The translations under genes and the position numbers were made by a program. Of a DNA stretch of 64,000 nt, positions 59,630 to 64,000 are shown piece by piece. Below the pieces are notes generated by a model. It was not told where the DNA came from. It did not search any database and saw only the letters and a program-made list of their open reading frames with translations. This DNA is from a virus (taxonomy: Duplodnaviria; Caudoviricetes), in IMG/VR virus record IMGVR_UViG_3300024252_000005; one strand, given 5' to 3'. Positions within the stretch are counted from its first letter, which is position 1; the number at the start of each line of letters is the position of its first letter.

Positions 59630-59912
59630 AGAATTTATAAAAGAATCAATAGAAGATATGTTAACTTTTAAAGGAGGCATATCATCAGATACTAGCGGTC
59701 ATGTTGATGTAATTGAAAAAGATAGAGTAAAAGCATTAGAGATACTTGCATGCAAACAATTGTTTCCAAATTTAAAAACTAACTCTTTATCATACAAGTA
59801 TCATAAAGTAAGCTCGAAATATCCTGAAGGTGTTATAGTTTCATGTAGTAATTCAAATAAAAAGTACTTAGTAGCTCATCATGGACATATTGTAGACCTT
59901 AATAGGAGATGA
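59616..59912 (+). CDS. Small protein with a T4 internal-protein-like N-terminal tag
   Basis: The N-terminus MKNLKEFIKE resembles the T4 capsid-targeting sequence MKTYQEFIAE. Confidence 0.55.
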   Translation: MKNLKEFIKESIEDMLTFKGGISSDTSGHVDVIEKDRVKALEILACKQLFPNLKTNSLSYKYHKVSSKYPEGVIVSCSNSNKKYLVAHHGHIVDLNRR

Positions 59913-59913
59913 A

Positions 59914-60444
59914 ATGCCAAGTTTTTTAAGTCAATCTAATCAAAACAAAAAAAAGTCCAACAAAGTAAATACTGCACCTAGCAGATCTGAAAGATTAGCT
60001 GCTAAAGAGTTAGACATTGATTTGGCTGATAATTGGAATGCTTACTCAAAAGAAGCAAGATTGCATATATACGTTTCAGATATGAAAGAGATGGTCAGAT
60101 TTTATAATAAAATTCTTGAATTTCCTGTCGTTAGATATTGGAGATCAGCAGGTGGTGATGGAACAATGTTGGATATTGGAGGAAATATTATAGAGCTTTT
60201 TTCAAAAAACAAGAAAAACTATGGAAACAAAAACTTTTACGGAAATGTTTCAATGTCAGTTAGAGTTAGAGATGTTCATAAATTATATGAAAAGTTTTCT
60301 AAGAAAAATATTACAATTGGCAAACTTGTTGATAATAGCTGGGGTGATTCTTCTTTTGAAGTACTAGATCCCGAAGGAAATAGAATTGCATTTTTTAGTC
60401 CTAGCACATCAAAAAGCAAATACTATAAAGTAAAGAGAAGTTAA
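59914..60444 (+). CDS. VOC (glyoxalase/bleomycin-resistance) family protein
   Basis: LHIYVSD...MVRFY.KILEF; IELF; V.DV..LYE; WG..SF.V.DPEGNRI.F. Confidence 0.85.
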   Translation: MPSFLSQSNQNKKKSNKVNTAPSRSERLAAKELDIDLADNWNAYSKEARLHIYVSDMKEMVRFYNKILEFPVVRYWRSAGGDGTMLDIGGNIIELFSKNKKNYGNKNFYGNVSMSVRVRDVHKLYEKFSKKNITIGKLVDNSWGDSSFEVLDPEGNRIAFFSPSTSKSKYYKVKRS

Positions 60445-60445
60445 A

Positions 60446-61561
60446 ATGAACAAGCTTAATGACTATATTAAGCTTTGTCTTGAGACAAGAGCTTATATGT
60501 ATCCCCCTAAAAGAATAGATGCTAAGCTTCAAAATAAACTGTCACCGAAATTAGCAAATGACAAAACTAATCTTTTGCCTGAAGAAGTTGTAAAAGATAT
60601 AGGCGATAAATGGGGTGAAGACTTTGTAATAAGTTTTGTAAGAAGCTATAAAGGAAAAGTTCCTTCTATTGAGATAAATCCTCACGCAAGATTTGCTACA
60701 CCTCATGGAATATATTCGTATTTGCTAACAAGAGAAAACTTGACTGATTTATTTCTTAAGGGTAATTTAGAAGGTGTAGATTTTGCTATGGATAGACCTT
60801 ATTTTCATATTATGAAGATAACAACACAGAACAAAGCATATATTATGCCAGATGGTACTTCTAATATCTATAGTAATAATGATAAACGTGAGTTTATGCA
60901 TGATGTTCAAGAAATGGTAAGGACATCATTAATGTCTCAAGTTGCTAGCAGAAGAGCACCTGATAGGAAGATTAATGAAAAAAACTATACATCAACTTTG
61001 TATAGCGCAGGATATTCTTCTTCTAGAGTAGCAAGAGCAATACATAAAGCATATGATGCTGTTTGCTTAAAAGCGCCTGAAGAAAGCAAAGTTGATTTAA
61101 ACAAGTTTACAGAGAATGCTGCTATATTCTTGGATTTTCTTATAGACAGAAAAGCGAAAAGTACTGTGGAAAAGAAAAGAAGCTATCATAAAGATTATAA
61201 ATCATCTAAAGCAATATTAGATAAAAATACTGGGTATTTATTTTTAAAACTATATAGAATAGCAGATATATTATCTTATATGACACCTAGCCCTAAGCAA
61301 GGATCGGGCAGACATAATGATCCATCTAGACTTTCTTTATTACTTAGAAGTGTCAATATAGAAGCAATAATTGACAAAGGATTTGGATTGCTACACCATC
61401 TTCAGCCAACTCAAGCTGTTGCAATAAATTACGGCGGTGGTGACAAGAAATCCCAATTTAGTTCAATTGAAAACTTAGGTACATATAAAAATATATTCAA
61501 ATATTGTACAGCTGAAGAACTTGAAACTTTATTTGTAGAACACGCAGACTATTTACATTAA
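60446..61561 (+). CDS. Hypothetical protein with a predicted cleavable leader (MNKLNDYIKLCLE)
   Basis: 371-aa ORF; contains FATPHGIYSY. Confidence 0.55.
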   Translation: MNKLNDYIKLCLETRAYMYPPKRIDAKLQNKLSPKLANDKTNLLPEEVVKDIGDKWGEDFVISFVRSYKGKVPSIEINPHARFATPHGIYSYLLTRENLTDLFLKGNLEGVDFAMDRPYFHIMKITTQNKAYIMPDGTSNIYSNNDKREFMHDVQEMVRTSLMSQVASRRAPDRKINEKNYTSTLYSAGYSSSRVARAIHKAYDAVCLKAPEESKVDLNKFTENAAIFLDFLIDRKAKSTVEKKRSYHKDYKSSKAILDKNTGYLFLKLYRIADILSYMTPSPKQGSGRHNDPSRLSLLLRSVNIEAIIDKGFGLLHHLQPTQAVAINYGGGDKKSQFSSIENLGTYKNIFKYCTAEELETLFVEHADYLH

Positions 61562-61566
61562 ACATA

Positions 61567-61968
61567 ATGTGGTATATCTACGTTGTTGTATGTTTTGACA
61601 ATTCATTGTATTGTGGTATAACTACAAATCTAGAAAGAAGATTAAAACAGCACAATGGTGAGATCAAAGGAGGCGCTAAGTATACTAGAGGTAGAAGGCC
61701 TTGTCAATTTGTATATACTAAAAAGGCAGCCAATAGATCAGCTGCCTCTAAAGAAGAATGTAAATTCAAAAAGTTAAGCAGGAAAAATAAACTAATATTC
61801 CTACTTAAAAATAATTATGAGCCCATATCAGGTGAAGGTGCGTCTTCAGAAGATTCTTCGCCGGCGGGTACAGGCATATCATCGCAATCTTCACCTTCTT
61901 CAAGTAATTCTGGTTCGCAAGCAGGATCTGTCTCTGGTTGTGGTTCATCACATCCTTCTCCAGCTTGA
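61567..61968 (+). CDS. GIY-YIG nuclease (short, UPF0213/SLX1-like)
   Basis: WYIYVV.C.DNSLYCGITTNLERRLKQHNG...GAKYTRGRRP...A.K.E. The last ~50 codons overlap the antisense lipoprotein gene. Confidence 0.85.
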   Translation: MWYIYVVVCFDNSLYCGITTNLERRLKQHNGEIKGGAKYTRGRRPCQFVYTKKAANRSAASKEECKFKKLSRKNKLIFLLKNNYEPISGEGASSEDSSPAGTGISSQSSPSSSNSGSQAGSVSGCGSSHPSPA

Positions 61969-62294
61969 AACTCAGGTGAACAATCTTCAATTTGATCGCC
62001 GGCAACAACTTCACCTGCTGGAAGAACTAAGTCTCCTGCAACTTCTGGCTCATCGCCAGCAGATACCAAATCTCCTGCTACAATTGGCTCTTCACCTGCA
62101 TCAGAAGTTCCTGAAGCAGATTCTTCGCCAGCAGCCTCACCTGCTGATTCTCCTGCCATGGTCTCTCCAGCTTGTACTCCAGAGTCGCTAGCTTGGGGAG
62201 GTTCGTCTACATCTTCATCAGACTCGCAACCAGAACTGAACAAAGACGTGAATACAATTAAAATTGCTAACAAAAAAGATCTAATCTTTAACAT
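61815..62294 (-). CDS. Acidic low-complexity lipoprotein
   Basis: MLKIR + hydrophobic stretch + FSSG/C lipobox; repeated AGE/AGD; AGGAG RBS. Confidence 0.75.
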   Translation of the reverse strand: MLKIRSFLLAILIVFTSLFSSGCESDEDVDEPPQASDSGVQAGETMAGESAGEAAGEESASGTSDAGEEPIVAGDLVSAGDEPEVAGDLVLPAGEVVAGDQIEDCSPEFQAGEGCDEPQPETDPACEPELLEEGEDCDDMPVPAGEESSEDAPSPDMGS

Positions 62295-62437
62295 ATAATT
62301 ACTCCTAGTAATGATTATTAATAAAAAAATTTTATTAATAAAAAAATATTATTAATAAAAAAATATTATAATAAAAAAATATTATAATAAAAAAATATTG
62401 AAATTATAATTAATTTATGTAAGGAGTAATTATATGT
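62291..62437. repeat. Perfect 16-bp inverted repeats (62291-62306 and 62422-62437) flanking a 115-bp AT-rich spacer
   Basis: ACATATAATTACTCCT and AGGAGTAATTATATGT are exact reverse complements; each contains the RBS and ATG of one of the two divergent genes. Confidence 0.9.
62314..62396. repeat. Five tandem copies of a 16-17-nt unit ATTAT(T)AATAAAAAAAT
   Basis: Units at 62314, 62331 and 62348 (17 nt) and at 62365 and 62381 (16 nt); no spacers between them. Confidence 0.95.
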
Positions 62438-62790
62438 CAATAGAAGAAAAATTAAAAGAATTGTCAAAATATGCGGAGATGCATATAACACAACTAATAG
62501 CTTCAGCAATACTTTCGTTTATTTGCGGATTTATTTTGCAAAAGTCTATAACAGATCCGTGTATAAGGTCAGTAGTATGTGAGGAAATAATAGACGATAG
62601 AGACAAACTTTCAGATCAATTAGATCAAGAAAGACAGAATTGTTTAGATGAGAAAAAAGATATGGGTAAATCTTTAAGAGATAAATTGAATGAAGAATGT
62701 ACTAAAAGTATAGAAGAAGCAACAAAAGATTGTGAATTTTCTGAACGTCATCACTGTAGAATATGTAAAGCAAGAGGTGTATGTAAATGA
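62434..62790 (+). CDS. Membrane-anchored Cys-rich coiled-coil protein (possible i-spanin-like)
   Basis: One TM helix (LIASAILSFICGFIL) followed by a coiled coil with several Cys. Confidence 0.45.
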   Translation: MSIEEKLKELSKYAEMHITQLIASAILSFICGFILQKSITDPCIRSVVCEEIIDDRDKLSDQLDQERQNCLDEKKDMGKSLRDKLNEECTKSIEEATKDCEFSERHHCRICKARGVCK

Positions 62791-63311
62791 AAAGAGCTAT
62801 TTTATTTTTGTTTTGTATTATTTTTAATATTTCTATTGCAAATGGGCAAAAAGTAAATATACCTTCAATGACAGAGACGATATTAACAACAACAGAAGTT
62901 GAAGATGAAGGCGATTTTGTTTCTCAGCATGAAGATATAAAGTTGACGCTTGGGACCTTAGAATTTCCTGCGAAGTTTCTATATAAAGAAGAGTTAGCTC
63001 CTCATCAAGGTTATTTAATTAAGTTTAAAGATTTCATTAGAGTAGAAAAGCTTTTTAAAAATATGAATAAAGGTTGTGATATTCTATACGACGAGTTATT
63101 GAAAGAATGCAAAAGAGGCTTAACTCAATGTCAAGATGATTGCAATGAAAGAGTTAAAAAGCTGCTGGAAGAAAAAGATAGCTTAAAGATTAGTTTAGAA
63201 TTGCAAATCAAGAAAACTGAAAGTGAAGTGACCAATAAATATATATGGACTTCAGCAGGCTTAGTAGTAGGAGCCGGCGTAGGAATTTTAATAAACGAAT
63301 TGTCAAAATAG
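62787..63311 (+). CDS. Secreted coiled-coil protein with a C-terminal TM helix (possible spanin-like)
   Basis: Signal-peptide-like MKRAILFLFCIIFNISIA; C-terminal IWTSAGLVVGAGVGILI; ATGA overlap. Confidence 0.45.
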   Translation: MKRAILFLFCIIFNISIANGQKVNIPSMTETILTTTEVEDEGDFVSQHEDIKLTLGTLEFPAKFLYKEELAPHQGYLIKFKDFIRVEKLFKNMNKGCDILYDELLKECKRGLTQCQDDCNERVKKLLEEKDSLKISLELQIKKTESEVTNKYIWTSAGLVVGAGVGILINELSK

Positions 63312-63365
63312 TTCGTATGCTTAGACTTAAAAATAATAATTAGATTTAGTAGGAAAGGATTTACA

Positions 63366-63632
63366 ATGGAACCAAATCTTGTGTTATCAATAGGAACAAT
63401 CATGTCAGTCATAGGACTATTTTATTCTTGGCATAAAGACTCAAAGGCCAATGCTCGAGAAGTTGCGCAGCTTACTGCAAGAGTAGATTCTTTAGAAGCT
63501 AGAGCAAAGCAAACAGATGAAGTATTACAAGAGTTATTAAGAGCTACACAAGATATTAAGGTTGCATTAGCTAGAATAGACACAAAGTTGACTAGCTTAG
63601 AGCAGGAATTTAATAGAAGTTTGCAAAATTAA
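63366..63632 (+). CDS. Holin-like / XhlA-like small membrane protein
   Basis: One N-terminal TM helix followed by a heptad coiled coil; AGGAAAGGA RBS. Confidence 0.45.
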   Translation: MEPNLVLSIGTIMSVIGLFYSWHKDSKANAREVAQLTARVDSLEARAKQTDEVLQELLRATQDIKVALARIDTKLTSLEQEFNRSLQN

Positions 63633-63670
63633 GTAATATATAATATTATAGTTATACAAGGAGACTAAAT

Positions 63671-63916
63671 ATGAAGTTGACATCAAAAATGCTAAGAAGA
63701 ATGATTAATGAAGAAATGAATAGAGAGCGATCTATTAAACGTCGACGACGCAGACTTGCTGAAAGCGCTGATCGACCTGTACGTGTAACGCCTCAGTATA
63801 TTAATCGTCTTATTAGAGAAGAGTATGCAGCATTTCAAAAGAAGCAAAGATTAGCTGAATCTCGCCGTAGAAGAGTTGCAAATGCAAGTCGTAGAAGAGC
63901 TTTGTCTAGATATTAA
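63671..63916 (+). CDS. Arg-rich small basic protein (putative DNA-condensing core protein)
   Basis: About 22 of 81 residues are Arg; two copies of a [T]xxx(L/I)xR(M/L)IxEE...RLAE/S motif; AAGGAG RBS. Confidence 0.6.
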   Translation: MKLTSKMLRRMINEEMNRERSIKRRRRRLAESADRPVRVTPQYINRLIREEYAAFQKKQRLAESRRRRVANASRRRALSRY

Positions 63917-64000
63917 TTTTTTAAAAAAAGTTATAAAAATATAAGTTAATGCATATATTATTAATCGCATTCGATATCGCATATTAATAAATTATTTCGA

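Noticed and set aside
61805-62191. ORFs 61805-62014 (-) and 61817-62191 (+)
   Set aside because: Off-frame and antisense shadows of the low-complexity lipoprotein gene.
62314-62396. Tandem repeat as a CRISPR array, given the Cas4-like gene
   Set aside because: Units are directly adjacent with no spacers, only 16-17 nt long, and 57 kb from the nuclease.
1-64000. Stop-codon reassignment, as seen in some large phages
   Set aside because: Genes tile the window under the standard code, and TAA, TAG and TGA all end genes at sensible positions.
1-64000. tRNA, rRNA, integrase, IS elements or group I/II introns
   Set aside because: No cloverleaf motifs, transposase or integrase signatures, or split conserved genes were seen; intergenic gaps are mostly too short. 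A covariance-model scan was not possible.

Overview
The window is a 64-kb piece of a large, AT-rich tailed-phage genome with a T4-type head module and a contractile-tail baseplate. It is almost entirely coding, uses the standard genetic code and is transcribed on the + strand; only one credible minus-strand gene was found. Left to right: (1) the C-terminal part of a very long repeat-built tail-fibre gene, truncated at the window edge; (2) a Cas4/AddB-like nuclease, two GT-B glycosyltransferases and a sigma-factor-like gene; (3) about 30 kb of baseplate/virion genes (gp5/gpV-like?, gp25, gp6/J-like, LamG, FN3 and tail-collar-like proteins, several huge orphans); (4) RuvC-like resolvase, primase and a single-chain Mre11-Rad50 (SbcD-SbcC) fusion; (5) terminase, a portal interrupted by a 377-aa HNH intein, prohead protease, core/scaffold proteins and the major capsid protein with a clear terminator; (6) a Hef-like homing endonuclease; (7) an accessory region with small proteins carrying prohead-protease/capsid-targeting-like N-termini, a VOC protein, a GIY-YIG nuclease, an acidic lipoprotein, a repeat array flanked by inverted repeats, a possible lysis cassette and an Arg-rich protein. 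No tRNA, rRNA, CRISPR array, integrase or reverse transcriptase was seen. All functional calls rest on motifs read by eye and on gene order; no database search was run. The most promising leads are the dispersed family of capsid-targeting-tagged cargo proteins, the inverted-repeat-flanked divergent promoter at 62.3 kb, the portal HNH intein, and a possible phage sigma factor with its own TANTTA promoter motif.
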